Source: Octopus sinensis (taxonomy: Eukaryota). Taken from it: 64,000 bases of DNA. A model generated the notes under the pieces. It saw only the letters and a program-made list of their open reading frames with translations. It was not told where the DNA came from and searched no databases. Both the position numbers and the translations under genes were made by a program. Location of the stretch: contig NC_042997.1 in NCBI RefSeq assembly GCF_006345805.1, positions 52,266,001 to 52,330,000 of the forward strand, read 5' to 3'. Shown here piece after piece: positions 12,142 through 25,248 of this stretch; position 1 is the stretch's first letter; each line of letters begins with the position of its first letter.

Positions 12142-15079
12142 ATATATGTTCAGTGTTAGTTACCTGAACTGGTATTACATCAGCATCCCAATCATGGTTG
12201 CTTTTATCGCTTGTAATTTTTTGCTTCTTCATACAATAGGCCTTAATTTGCTCCATGTTGTTACAAAGTTGTTATTTTTGTTTTCGAAATTTCTATGCTT
12301 TTTAGTGTCAGGAACTTCACCAATTTAAGATTCAGAATATTTCATTAATGATCTGAGTATGACTGAATTAAAAAGTGAAGTGAAAGATTAATAATGTGCA
12401 TGTCCATACACATACAGAGACATGTGTTTGCATACACATATATAGATGTGTGTGTATATATATGTATACATGTGTATCTGTACATGCATACATGTGTATG
12501 TATGCATGAGTTGAATAGTTTTGCAAATTGAAATATTCTGAGGATGTGTTTCATTAGATGTTTTATGCTTGAATATGAATAACAAAATACCCTTTTTACA
12601 AGCGCAATGCAATTCATTCCTTATGTTCAGTCTGCTATTACCACAGATTCAGAATACTGAACATTTATTCCTACACATAAGCCTCTTCCTACATATGTCC
12701 CTTAATTTTTCTGGTTTTTTAAATGACGCTCCTATTAACAATGCTAAAACATTTATTGCCTGCTTTACAGCCACATCTCCACATTACCCCATACATCCAC
12801 TCTACTAGAAATTACTTCTCCAGTTCACTGGCTCCAACTTCCTAGATTCACAGCCACTAAGAGGACAATTTTGGTTAATGGCTAACAAAGTTAAAACAGT
12901 ACTCTTTGAGAGTACTGGCTAACCACTGGATGGGAAACTTTCTCTTAGATCATGTTAACAGTGCATATTTCATCATCAGAGATGTACTTCTGGCCTTAGT
13001 TGCCTCTACTCTAACCTTCTGCTTCATTAATAACCTATTTACTATCATGTTTTAACACACACACAGTCTAGTTTGCTGATGACTACAGTCAAACTTTTTT
13101 TCCTCTTCTGTATACAGGCCCTGTTCTTATTTAAAATTATACTATCTCCCATTAGGCACGAACATTCTCAGTAAAAATATCTTACAGTGGGGTCTTAACA
13201 GTCTAATCTCATTAAGTAGACACATACCATAACTTTACACACATCAAGAAAGTAAACTTTCAATACTGCATCTTCAGTCACACAATTTAAACTACCACAC
13301 TCTCCCTTTAAATGCTAAACCTTAAAATTGTTGATAACCTTTCATGATAACTACAAATTCTTCACATAGCAAGCACTGCATCATGAAAGCTGGGTTTATT
13401 TCCAGAGTCTGAACAACAACTAACTTTATACAAAGCAAAATAAAACAAAAAAAAAAAAAAGGACTGCTCACACATTTCAGTTGGAACTCCCACCATGTAC
13501 ACTGATATATTATGCCATAACCTGACAAATAGCTTCACTCATGACTCTAGAAAATGGCTCAACATGACTGTTCTTGGATGTTTGTGAACTAGAAAACAAA
13601 ATTTGTTCCACTGTCAAGCTGTTCTCATTTTATCTCTTCCATTGCTCTATTTGTCCCTGAATCTCTGAACTTAACTGCATGCCTCCAACAAAATCAATGT
13701 GATACATGCATACTTTCTCTCCCTCTAACACAATTGTATCTTTCTCTCTACCTGACATCATATTAAATATTTAGTCGAATCCTTCTTCTCTGGACTCATA
13801 GCTGTTTGGAGTTCCATTTCTGTCTTTATCTTTCCCTTAAGTTCTAACTTGAACAAAATGAAAATAAAACTGAGTATCATTATATTAATCTCAACTAGCT
13901 ATTTGTATTTCTTACAACCGATTAACTGATTTGGAAGCTTTCTAACAGTTTTCCTACTTGAAAATAGTGACAACAACATCTAACATTTCAACTTTAAGCC
14001 CAAAAGACTGATCCTGTATGAAGTGAGGGAGCCTTTTTAGTACCATGGACTATAGGTACATCAAAAACTGTGGTGGAGTGCATCAATATTGAGAAGTGTA
14101 ATGAATGATTCTTTAGTTTTGCAATTCATAAATATGTTGTTGGCATCCTTTTTGTCTCGGGAGACAATGGAGTTGCGCCTTTTACAGCAGCACTGAAATG
14201 TCCTCTCCAGTTTTGCGCAGGCCTGGGCTAGAATTAAGAAAATCCTGGGTAGCCCAATCGTCATGATTCCTCTCTCAACCTTGCTGACGTTGTCCAAAGG
14301 AGTGCAGAGCATTATGTTTGGCACCAGCTTGGTTGCAGGAGCTGCCAGAAGAGTGTTGAGTCGAACACTAAACCACCTTCGGGGCTCCACTCCAGATTTC
14401 TTTGAAGGTTGTCTCCTTTCCGTAACCCTGGATAGGGACCCATACCGGGTACTGTCAGCCAGAGCCAGATGAGCCCGGGACTTTATATGCAACTTTATAT
14501 TAAATTACTGTTTTGATCCTAAGACTTAAACTGTTTTTTCATATGGTTTTTTAGAGACTTTTATTATCATCATCGCCATCATCATTTAATGTCTGTTTTC
14601 CATGCTGGCCCAGGCTGGATAGTTCAATAGGAGCTGGCAAGCAAGAGGACTGTGCTGAACTCCAGTGTCTACTTTGGCATGATTTCTACAGCTAGATGCC
14701 CCTTCCTAATACCATCCACTTTACAGAGTGTACTGGGTGCATTTTACATGGCACCAGTGAGGTCACAAGTAACTCACAAGAGAAGACCTTTTGACTGAGT
14801 GGGATAGCTTTATGTCCGGGTGATGAGAAGTTAAAGTATGGTAGGGGGACAGGAACAGGTGTCCAGCTGCAGAGAAGGTACATGGTTACCTTCATAGGAA
14901 AAGAAAGCAGATGGTGGTGAAGGTGTGTTAGAGAGCATCTTCACGTTCCAGGAAGGTAAATGTAAGGGAAATGGTGTGGATAGGTTTGTTTGTAAATGTG
15001 AAAGGAGAGCAACAAATGGATAGAGGTGGAGAAGGAGAGAAATGCTTTGAGTGGTGAACACTGATGGGGGAACGATTAG

Positions 15080-15299
15080 CCCTTTAGCACTCAGATTATT
15101 CAGTCAAATGTAATGTTTATTTATTCACATTGTTTTGAATTAATTATGTATTATCTTGTGACTTAAAGATTTTTATGATGTGATTCTTTATTTTTAGAAT
15201 GGCATTGTAATGTAGGTATGAAAGGCCAGATCTGGTCAGTTTGAACATAAAAGAAGGTAGAATACTTGGGCTAGCTGTAGTCAGTTAAATACTAAACAG
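15080..15299 (+). mobile_element. piggyBac-type MITE (about 220 bp)
   Basis: Same family as 25027-25248; ccctttagca..tactaaacag, flanked by ttag/ttaa. Confidence 0.65.
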
Positions 15300-16255
15300 T
15301 TAAGTGTGAATATCGTTGAATGAAAAGGTAGCAGGAGTAGGTGTCACGGAGGTAATAGGTGGCAGCAAAGATGATGGGAGGTGAGAGATGCACAGTGCCA
15401 GGGTCTAAGTCAGTGGTACATAAGGGTGGAAATAGTGGGAATAAATAGAGGTAATGGGAGAAGGCAGAACTGGGTGCGTGTGCATGGGAAAGAGGAGGTG
15501 AAAGAGGCATTCAGGGGAAAATGAGATAGTAAAGGATGATATTGAGAATGTGTGAGACAAAGGAAGTGGTTTCAAGGAGGATGAGAAATAGAGAATGAAA
15601 TATGTGCAGTTCCACTCTCATAACTATTGCAGCTGAGTGGAGTGAGTAGTACCATAGTCAGAATAGTGATGGAGGGATGTGTTAAGATGAGTTGTGGGAG
15701 GGGTGGATGTTAGAAAAAATGAGTTAATTTCAAATTTGAATGTGAGCTTAATTTTGCCTACAGGCAAGGTGTTCTTGACTCCCTGTTCTAGGTGGTTGCT
15801 CAACCTGCTGGAAATAGCAACTGAATCTTCCTCAAATTACCCCTTACTGTCTTTAAAAAAGGAAGGAAAGTACAGAGGATAATATAGTCTAAAGTACATT
15901 ATGTCTAGATAAAAAAGACTACACAGTAATGTCTGAAAAGCCTTTGGCCATAGGTCTGCTTGATTAGGCCTAACTCAGGCTATAAAGCAACAAAGCTACA
16001 GAGTATTTCATGTCAACTATCTACAAGAATCCCTCATAAATGCAATTTGGTTGTAGCTATACAACAATAGCTGTTTCCTCCAGTTAGGAAAAATAAAAAA
16101 TCTCTTCTTTTATAAACCTTATACATCTATTTACTTTTAACTCTGTGGCAAATGGTTTTATACTCGGCCTCAAAATTATTGCTGTGGTACTATATAAAAC
16201 TGGACTAGGTTGTTGAGAAGAACTGTGTTATCTTTGTTTCTATGTTCATACCATA

Positions 16256-16461
16256 CAGGGGATGCTGAAAAATTCCTGGCTTTGAGTAGAAAGAAAAAAT
16301 ACAGGAGGATCAGTTAGTCACAGTTGTATTCAACATATTCCCCTCTCAGATTCACACAGATTGCAGCAGCCCTTCAGTTTTCCTAAGAACTCAGAAGATT
16401 AGACCTCCAACCAGGCCTTTCACAATACCCTTAAAACCAGGAATTTTTCAGCACCCCCTCA
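16256..16461. mobile_element. Tc1/mariner-derived MITE
   Basis: TIRs caggggatgctgaaaaattcctgg / ccaggaatttttcagcaccccctca, each flanked by TA. Confidence 0.85.
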
Positions 16462-16673
16462 TATATATATTTAACTAGCATCACCATACAACCTGTACTA
16501 GTTATCTTACACAATATCTCCATCACAGGCACACACAAGCATTTACTCATACATGCATACTTGCATACACAGAATGAAATGGGTGGTTGTATTACATCCT
16601 TTTAAATTGCCTAAAAATGTATATTTAATAAAACAGAATTATTAGTAAAATATATTTATTACAACTTTTCAAG

Positions 16674-16809
16674 GGTACTTTAAAAAGGACATTACAAGGA
16701 CATGGACATTGGGTAAACACCATGGCTCTGAGTACAGATTATGTGATGCGTACTTCGGCATTTGATCCCAGAAATGCAGATGTTGTTTACAGAGATGTCA
16801 CTGAATCAG
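16674..16809 (+). CDS. NLE1: NLE1 next internal exon
   Basis: Acceptor acaacttttcaag, donor gtatgc; 136 nt encoding GTLKRTLQGHGHWVNTMALSTDYVMRTSAFDPRNADVVYRDVTES, matching NLE1 RTLQGHGHWVNTMALSTDY; in frame with exon 261-416. Confidence 0.95.
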
Positions 16810-17330
16810 GTATGCTACTTCTGTTGTCTTTCTTTTCTTTTTTACTCTTTAGTTTTGTAATTAATTTTTCAGCATCAGCACAGAATCCATGAACAAAAGC
16901 TAACTGCATGTTGAAAAATTCTATTTTCTTCTCCAATTTCTCATTCATCCGTATGCCAATACCACTGTCTTTGTTTACAGCTGCTCTTCCAACTTCACTT
17001 ACAAGAGTTGCAGAATGCCATTGTTATAGGTTCTAAAGATTAAAATGTCAAACTGACTGAGATAAACTCCTGTGTTTAATTCAAGCTATTTTTCTTGGTG
17101 CCGGTTCAGTAGAGATGTAAATGTCAAAGACAAGAAAAACAAACACTTGGTTTTAACTTTACCAATGACACTAACACCTCAATTCTAAACAACAGTTTAT
17201 TGATTTTTTTTTTTGTTTTTTCATTTTTAAAGTTGATATAGTAAGAGAGAAGGCATAACTCAAGAGTAGTGTTTCTTAAACATTTTTTTCCTATTTTTAC
17301 CCCACTTCACTAATTTATTATCCTGTTCTT

Positions 17331-17365
<35 letters not shown>

Positions 17366-17439
17366 CTTGTATCCTAACTGAGGGAGAGCATTTATCTACA
17401 TCTTATAAAGCCAACTGTAGGTACTGGGTCACTTTTGCA

Positions 17440-18130
17440 GAGGAACAAAAGGAGAAGAGGTATGAAAAGCTAATCGAAGAATGCAGAGAACAGGGATGGA
17501 ATGTCGAATATTATCACCTGGCAGTGGGGGCTAGAGGCTTCATTGAAAAGAAAATGACAACGCTTTTCAAAAGAAGATTTAATTTTTCTAGCCCAGAGCT
17601 GCGTAAACTAATAAGGAGAGTACAGGAGGCGGTCGAAAAAGCCAGCTTCTATATATGGCTGAAGTGGGAAGACCGAAAATGGCTTGAAAGTCATAAACAC
17701 GCCGACGGGAAATAACATCATTAGGTGAGACAAGCTGACTGACAGGTGACGGTCATTTAGAAAAAGCGCGGGCTAAAACTACGCGCCTTCACTAGTCAGT
17801 TAAGGTGAGACAGTGTCACGTGACAACTTGCTGGGGTTGCCTGCTGGAGCCTATGTGGAAGGTATTTAAAGGGAAAAATTTGACAAGACAGTCAGTCACC
17901 AGCTGACACTCGCTGACGATACATCGAAGAAGCCAGGGAACAGAAGAAAGAAGACATGCACCCAACACCAGAGCTGAAGACACCTCCGAAAGCGGGGGCC
18001 CCGCCACATCAAAACGATAGAGGAGTAGGGGCCAAAACCGGACATGGTTCCTCCTGATGATGTCTTGAGCTAACTGGATCCTATAAAGGAGCGTGTTTCG
18101 TAGCAGACCACGAAACACGGCTGTAATTCC
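17440..18130 (+). mobile_element. HERO-like RLE non-LTR retrotransposon 3' end with 3' UTR
   Basis: AEEQKEKRYEKLIEECREQGWNVEYYHLAVGARGF...VQEAVEKASFYIWLKWEDRKW* resembles the HERO C-terminus (K..KY..L..EC...GW.....EVG.RGF...AE.AS.WIW); GC-richer 3' UTR ends in a 10-bp stem-loop. Confidence 0.75.
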
Positions 18131-18428
18131 TCTGCATGCTAGTTGACCAGTTACTTCAACAGATCCTGTTTACAGAGACAGTGTTTAACTGTGCAAAGTA
18201 TCATAACAAGCAGGTAACAAGCTAACTATAAAGCATGAAAATGTGAACAGCTAGCCTTTGATGTGTTTGTGTTTTTTAGCTTACTGGCAACTCCATGTTC
18301 ATGTCTCCTCCATAACACTGATTCTGCCTCTTAATATCTTTCTTCTGTTTTCTTGATGATGTGTAGAACCATGATGGCTGGGATCTGGTATTCATAATTG
18401 GTAAAAAATATTTTATTTCCATTTCTAG

Positions 18429-18475
18429 CTGAAGAGCTTGCCAAGAAAGCTTTAGAGAGATACAAGTCTGTTAAG
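18429..18475 (+). CDS. NLE1: NLE1 short internal exon
   Basis: Acceptor ttccatttctag, donor gtaatg; 47 nt, (A)EELAKKALERYKSVK; phase-1 start fits the previous exon; corresponds to NLE1 QELKERALSRYNLVR. Confidence 0.88.
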
Positions 18476-18489
18476 GTAATGATCGTTTA

Positions 18490-19165
18490 TTTCATTTGCA
18501 TCTTGTGATTCTGCTGCACTTCTTGTGTGTCAATAGTTTGCACTGGTTGCACTGTATGGAATTTACCCTTACATCTTTTCTATATATCAAACAGAGCCAT
18601 TTTCATGATGGGAGTAGAGTATTGTGTGTTTTCCTGCTTACTAGAACTTTGATCTTTGCTAAGTTAACTAAACTCATTGATCCCAGATTTTGCTTTTACA
18701 CCTGGACAAGGTCATCAACATATTACAGTTCTCAAAGGCACTTAGTCTTAAACCCCTATTTTATAGCAGCTTGGAAAATCATGATAAGTAGGAGGAGATT
18801 GAGAACTGAGCCCTGGTGAACTATCTGCACACTAAATTCATTGCTGTACTTGTTGCTAGCTCTCATCTTACATACAGCACTCTTGTCAAGCCATTCATAT
18901 ACTCTTAACTTATACAGCAACCATATCAAAGAGCAAAGGATCCTGTCAAAGGTTTCTGCAGGTTGATGAATGTCAAGTGCAATGACTTCTTTTAGCTAAA
19001 TACTTCTCCTGGAGTTGCCTTACTAGAAAGAGAGTAATCTGTTGTACTTCTCCCTGGCATAAAACCAAACCTCATATCATCTTTGCTGATTCTCTTCCTA
19101 ATTAGTTGAGTTATAACTCTTTCTGTAATTTTATGATCTGATCCAACAATTTGATACCCTTGAAA
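18490..19165 (-). mobile_element. Decayed RTE reverse-transcriptase fragment
   Basis: Minus strand FGFMPGRSTTD..RQLQEKY..; VHQGSVL.LLL.I; YVDDL-like motif; multiple stops. Confidence 0.8.
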
Positions 19166-20838
19166 TTAGTTCTCTCTGAGGAAACGTGTGTGTGTGTGTG
19201 TGTGTGTGTGTCTGTCTGTCTGTCTGTCTAATTATTTTGTATATTTGGTTGGTTTGCTATTCTCACTATGACTTACGTAAGTTTATTTCTATTCACCAGT
19301 GGATGTGAAATATTTAAACATGTAGATATAAATAGCATATTGCTTACAATATGTTACCTCTAACATAAAGCAGGGTTAATATTAAGGGCAGTGGATAACC
19401 AGAATCATTAGGATGTCAAACGAAATGCTTTGCTGTATTTAGTAATGGCTCATTATGTTTTGAGTCCAAATCCCAACAAAATCACTTTCGCCGTTCATCC
19501 TTCAAGTCTTCATAAAATCAAATAGTAAAGTTCTGGGGAGAATTCAATCGACTATACCATCCCCCAAAATGTGTGGTGTTATGCTAATATTAACCGTTTT
19601 TAAATACACTGATCTTATTTCATTTAATTTTGGCAAAAAACAAAGAATTTAGTAAAATAAGTGTTATTATTAAGTTGGTATCAGGTGGCAAGTTGACAGA
19701 ATCATTAGCACTCCAGGCAAAATGCTTAGTGGCATTTCATCCGTCCTTACATTCTGAGTTCAAATTCCGCTGTGGTCAACTTTGCTTTTCATCCTTTCAG
19801 AGTCAATGAAATAAGTACCAGTTGAGTACTGGGTTCGATGTAACCAACTGGCCCCTTCCCCAACAATTTCAGGCCTTGTGCCTATAGTAGAAAGGATTAT
19901 TAAGCTGGCATGCAGTGCCACATAAGAGTACCCGTGCAGCACAACATAAAAGCACCATGTGATGGTATGTGAGAGCATCCAGCACACTCTGTAAAGTGGT
20001 TGGCATTAGGAAGGGCATCCAGCTGTAGAAGCCATGCCAAATCAGATTGGAGTCTGGTGCAGCTCCCCAGCTTGCCAGCTCTGGTCAAACTGTCCAACCC
20101 ATGCCAGTATGGACAACAGGCATTAAATGATGGTGGTGTTTGGAACATAATACAACACAAAATTTTGATGGAAGACTTTATCATACAAACCATGGGTGGT
20201 CTAAGGTAGGTTTATATTCTTAATAAAGAAAATAAAATAAAGAAACCAGCAAATCATAAAACTGAGTATATGTATATCTATGTACATGCATACACACACA
20301 CATACACACACAACCATTTTAATTCTAACATCTAACATATGCTATGTCATTCATTCCAGGTGCTAAAAGTACAGGAGCATACCTAGCAAATTAATTTCAA
20401 TAAGACCGAAGTTTGCTAAAATACAATATTATTTGTACTAGGATAGAAGCTTCATAGAAAATGGAATATTTATAGATGATTCTTTCAATTTGATTCACAT
20501 AAAGGTTTTCCACTTCATTCAAAATCACTGAACCAAAAAACCCAGCTACATTCTAACACTTCAACAGTGGCAGTAGTAATAACTATCAAATTTATAGAAG
20601 CATAGCTTTCAAAGAAATCAAATGTACTTTCAAAGGCTTCCTTATATATGTGGCTTGTGTATGTCTGTCTGACTGTTTGGAAGGTGCACATAAATATATT
20701 GTGTATGTGTTTGTGTGCATATGTATGTGTGTATGTTTGTGTGTGTGTGTGTGTATGTAAATAGAAAACATATATACATATGGACTCTCTAAATAAGTAT
20801 TTAAATATGTTACCTCTGTATGTATGTATGTATGTATG

Positions 20839-20900
<62 letters not shown>

Positions 20901-20910
20901 ATATATATAT

Positions 20911-21385
20911 AAATTCAAAGAGAATTAGAAGTTGTGAATCCAACTAGATAAAGGATATTATCTATCTGATATACTACTGGGAGAATACCTAATTAATGCA
21001 CAAGTGCTGGTTATTGCGTGGCAATTACGCAATTACACTGCTGAGTATAATAATTAGGCGAGGGTAATAAGTGGTTTTACCCTTCATTTATTTATATGGC
21101 AAGAAGAAAATGGAAGGAATCCAGAGGTAGTATTCATCAGATGTTAGACATTATATTATGTCTATTTATTTATTTCAAACATTTTAGATAATATATATAA
21201 CTACATGAGTAAAGTACTAGTAATTTCTTCTTCCTCTATTCTAGAAATTACTAGTACTTTACACATGTAGTTATATATATTATTTGAACTGTTAAAAATA
21301 AATAAATAGACATAATATAAAGTCTAACAGTTGATGAATACTACCTCTGGATTACCTCCATTTCCCTCTTGCCAAATATATACAT
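20911..21385. repeat. Long inverted repeat (about 137-bp arms, 14-nt loop) plus unique leader, between TA tracts
   Basis: 21091-21228 is the approximate reverse complement of 21243-21380. Confidence 0.92.
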
Positions 21386-21586
21386 ATATATGTATATATA
21401 TATATATATATATATCATCATCATCATCGTTTAACGTCCGCTTTCCATGCCAGCATGGGATGGACAATTTGACTGAGGTCTGGTGAACCAGATGGCTGCA
21501 CCAGACTCCAATCTGATCTGTCAGAGTTTCTACAGCTGGATGCCTTTCCTAACGCCAACCACTCCGAGAGTGTAATATATATATAT

Positions 21587-21632
<46 letters not shown>

Positions 21633-21807
21633 ATATATATATATCATCATCATCATTTAATGTCCGTTTTCCATGGGTTGGATGGCTCGACCGAGGTCTG
21701 GTAAGCCATGGAGGCTGCAACCAGGCTTCAGTCTGATTTGGCAGTGTTTCTACAGCTGGATGCCCTTCCTAACGCCAACCACTCTGAGAGTGTAGTGTAT
21801 ATATATA

Positions 21808-21875
<68 letters not shown>

Positions 21876-23059
21876 CACAAACTCAGGAGAGTCAACAGCC
21901 ATCCATAATAGTGTGAATATATGATATGCTTGTATAGGTGTGTATTTGCATGCATATGTGAATGCATATGAGAGAAAAAAATACTTTTATTTGAAATTTA
22001 TGCTGTTTATACTCTCTAGACATCTTTTTATTTTTCTAGTTCATTTTTCCTCATTTAATGACTTCAAAAGCTTGTGTCACTCATACATTTATTGCTATAA
22101 AATCTGATGCATTCGTACTTTTGGTGCCACTTCATTGTTCCTTTTTTTCTAGTGTATGACAAAGCTTGAACACCTTGCACCTTCAAGCAGTGGACCTTTT
22201 CTTTTTAATGGTCAGAACATCATATTATGTGTCTGCGAGAGTTTCCTCACTTGTGAGGACATGTGGAAGGTGTGATATAAACAAAAGTTGTACTTCTCTG
22301 GTTGCTCTTACAGGCAACCCTCTGCTCAAGTGCTATTGCTGAACAGGAGGTGGAGTCTTAGTCTTGTCATACTGATGTATGCCTTCATCACTGTGAGACT
22401 CATGAGAAAGAGGCAAAAAACCATAAAAGATGGTCATACATAATAGTATGTTATCACTCTCTCTCTCTCTCTCTCTTTCCCCTGTCTATTATATCATATC
22501 ATCACACATCACCTCACCACCCCTTATCCATTCCTCAACCCTATCAAACCTCTGCAGTTGTCACCTACTCTTTCCTATTTCCCTCTCAATGCTTGTTTTT
22601 CATTCATTATATTCACTGCTCCACCCATTCTCCACTCTCATTCCCCCATTCACCTTTGAAGGTTCCACCCGTCACACTTCCAGTTCATCCCCCATTCACT
22701 GCTACACACCTACCTTGAAAGTCCACGCAAACGCTTCATCACCGCCATTTTTGTCTCCTCCTCACTCCAACCAGATCACTCCCCACCCCCTCTTCTAAAA
22801 TGTGGCTCCTCTACTGCAAGAAACCTGCTCTGTTCTGGCCCCATCTCTCATACTTTGAAACCTTCTCCCAGCATAAGGCCAACTCTCTCAGTGTTTGTAG
22901 TCTTTCAAGCTGCATAGCAACCTCACTGATGCTGGACATGAAAATTGCATTAGCTGGATGATTTGAAAGAATTCATCAAGTTGAAGGAACCATGTCTCAC
23001 TTGAATATCTCAATTTTGTCATGGTTTCTATAGTTGGATGACCTTTCAAACACCACCAT

Positions 23060-23495
23060 GTTCTTGGTCTCAAACATTTGTCTTATGAAGAAAGGCTGAA
23101 GATGCTCGACCTTTATTCTCTAGAAAAACGACGACGCCATGGTGATCTCATTCTCGCTCACAACATCATAAGCAGATAATGTAACCTCTCGAAAGAGCTG
23201 TTCTTCACTCCTGCTCCAGAGCGTCGGCTGCGGGGTCACTCCGAAAAGCTCTATCTGCAACGATTTCATCTCAATCGAAGGAGAGGGGCTTTCTCCGTCC
23301 AGGTTGCAGATCCGTGGAATAAGCTGCCGGACGAGATAGTGAAGATGCCGACGACCGCTCAGTTCAAAGTCTCTCTTGACCAGAAATGGCCTGAACTCTT
23401 TGCATGAACACCCTCCCTGTACATAACTCCATGTCCCCCTACATGGCCTTGCTTTTTGCTTTTTGAGCCAAAAAATTAACTTAACTTAACTTAAC
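23060..23495 (+). mobile_element. CR1-clade LINE 3' end with (TTAAC)n tail, nested in an older repeat
   Basis: GLKHLSYEERLKMLDLYSLEKRRRHGDLI...LRGHSEKL...RRGAFSVQVADPWNKLPDEIV...FKVSLD; ttaacttaacttaac tail. Confidence 0.9.
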
Positions 23496-25026
23496 CACTC
23501 TACAGAGTATACTGGGTGCACTTTTTCATGGCACCAGTACAATAGAAGTTGTTTTGCACTCAGGAAGACTAAAGCATTCTTTCAGTTTGAATTTGTCTCT
23601 ACTTGATTTGCAAATGAGCTTACAGAGGTTACTGGGTATTTTTGTATGGCACTAGCACTAGTGAGGTTGCCTTGTAAATTGCAAGACTGACGGCTCCCCT
23701 CCCAAAATTTCTAAAAGAGAGAATAGAAGTGAGAGTGATGACTTTAGCTGAGGCATTTGAGAGAAGTTAAAGTATGATAGGAGGAACAAATTTATTGTTG
23801 TGAGAGTGCGCAAATGGAAAAAGTAATGAAGAAGATTATACACGTGTACACATATATACATATGAACATAAGCACTCATATATATATGTGCACACACATT
23901 CACACACATAATATATACAGATTAGCATGTCATTTTGACATATATGTGTGTATGTGTGTCTGTGTATATATAATATAGGTGTCATATTAAATATGACATT
24001 AAATATAGATTCAGTGAAAATTTATATTTGCGTAATTGCCAAACGTACTTAGTAACCCTTAGATATATATACTAATATACATTCACTCATACACACTTCC
24101 CCCAGAAGAATATTGTGGGAAAAATCAAAACCATGTTTTGAAACACCCATATTTAAATGAGCAGTCTACTCATTTCCTCTCTTACAAATAATAGTATTGG
24201 TGAATACTCAGTATAAACATGTGTATGATCATTATTGTTGTAGTATTAGTTTGTTTGTTTGGTTGTTTCTTTTACTTATTTATATATATATATTTTTTAT
24301 ATCCAGCAGACCATTTTTGCAAGTGGCTTAAACCACTCCTAATATTTTATTTTTATTTTTCTACTTTGTGGGATAGGGTATAGTTTACAAGAGCACAATC
24401 TGAAACCTTAAAGAAATGAGAAAAAAAGGAATACATTGTCATGCCACCTTGATCCCTAGGATGTTCATTGTTGTAAACAGGGAATGCTGGAGAGAAGATT
24501 ATAACCATAGTATTAGTTGTAATTAGATTAGTTATGACTTATGTACATTTAATGTCTTAAATTTCTTGGCAGAATAGAATTTAAAAAATATGGTATTGTA
24601 TCTTTGCAAATTCTTTTTCTATCCCTGACAGGAAATTAACTTGTAAATTTATTTGCTGAGAATCTTTGTGTAATACTTTTAATAATTTTTACTGTGTGCC
24701 CACCTGCATATTGGGTTTTGACTATTGCTCCAATTTCTGTTAGGCCATATTATTGCAGTTTTTTCTCTGATCAACTTTCTCTGAACTTTAGGTTGTTTTC
24801 TCGCATTCTTTGTCATCTATTTTAACAACTTACTTACTGTACAAATGATATTACTTTTCGCTCTACCTTAACCCTCCACACAAACAACATTCACAGGCGA
24901 CCTAAACACATCACATTAAATTTGTTCTGCTTCCATGAACAGAGGCTTTAAAAACATCCTGCAATGGCACCATATCAACCTTTTCATTTTAATCCGGACA
25001 AAGACACACTCAACTACACACTTTAA

Positions 25027-25248
25027 TCCTTTAGCATTCAGATTATTCTGTCAAATGTAAGGCTAAAATATTTACATCATTTTGAATTAATCATACATTA
25101 TCTCATAACTTTGAAATTTCAATGATGTTATTGTTTATTTTTAGAATGACATTGTTGGACAAGTGTGGGGTGTTGAATCTGGGGCAAGTTTGAACATAAA
25201 AGTGGCAGAATATTTTGGCCGGAGAGGGCCAATTTAAATGCTAAAAGG
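25027..25248 (+). mobile_element. piggyBac-type MITE
   Basis: TTAA at 25023-26 and 25249-52; TIR (t/c)cctttagcatt / aatgctaaaagg; further copies at 38357-38575 (+), 38740-38953 (-) and a partial copy near 34435-34622. Confidence 0.8.

Noticed and set aside
18054-18122. CTGATGA...GAAAC, a possible hammerhead in the HERO 3' UTR
   Set aside because: GAAAC is paired in a local 10-bp hairpin, and no stems I-III could be built.
20515-21967. Several 66-142-aa ORFs containing IYIYIY runs
   Set aside because: Translations of (TA)n/(CA)n microsatellites and RTE tails.
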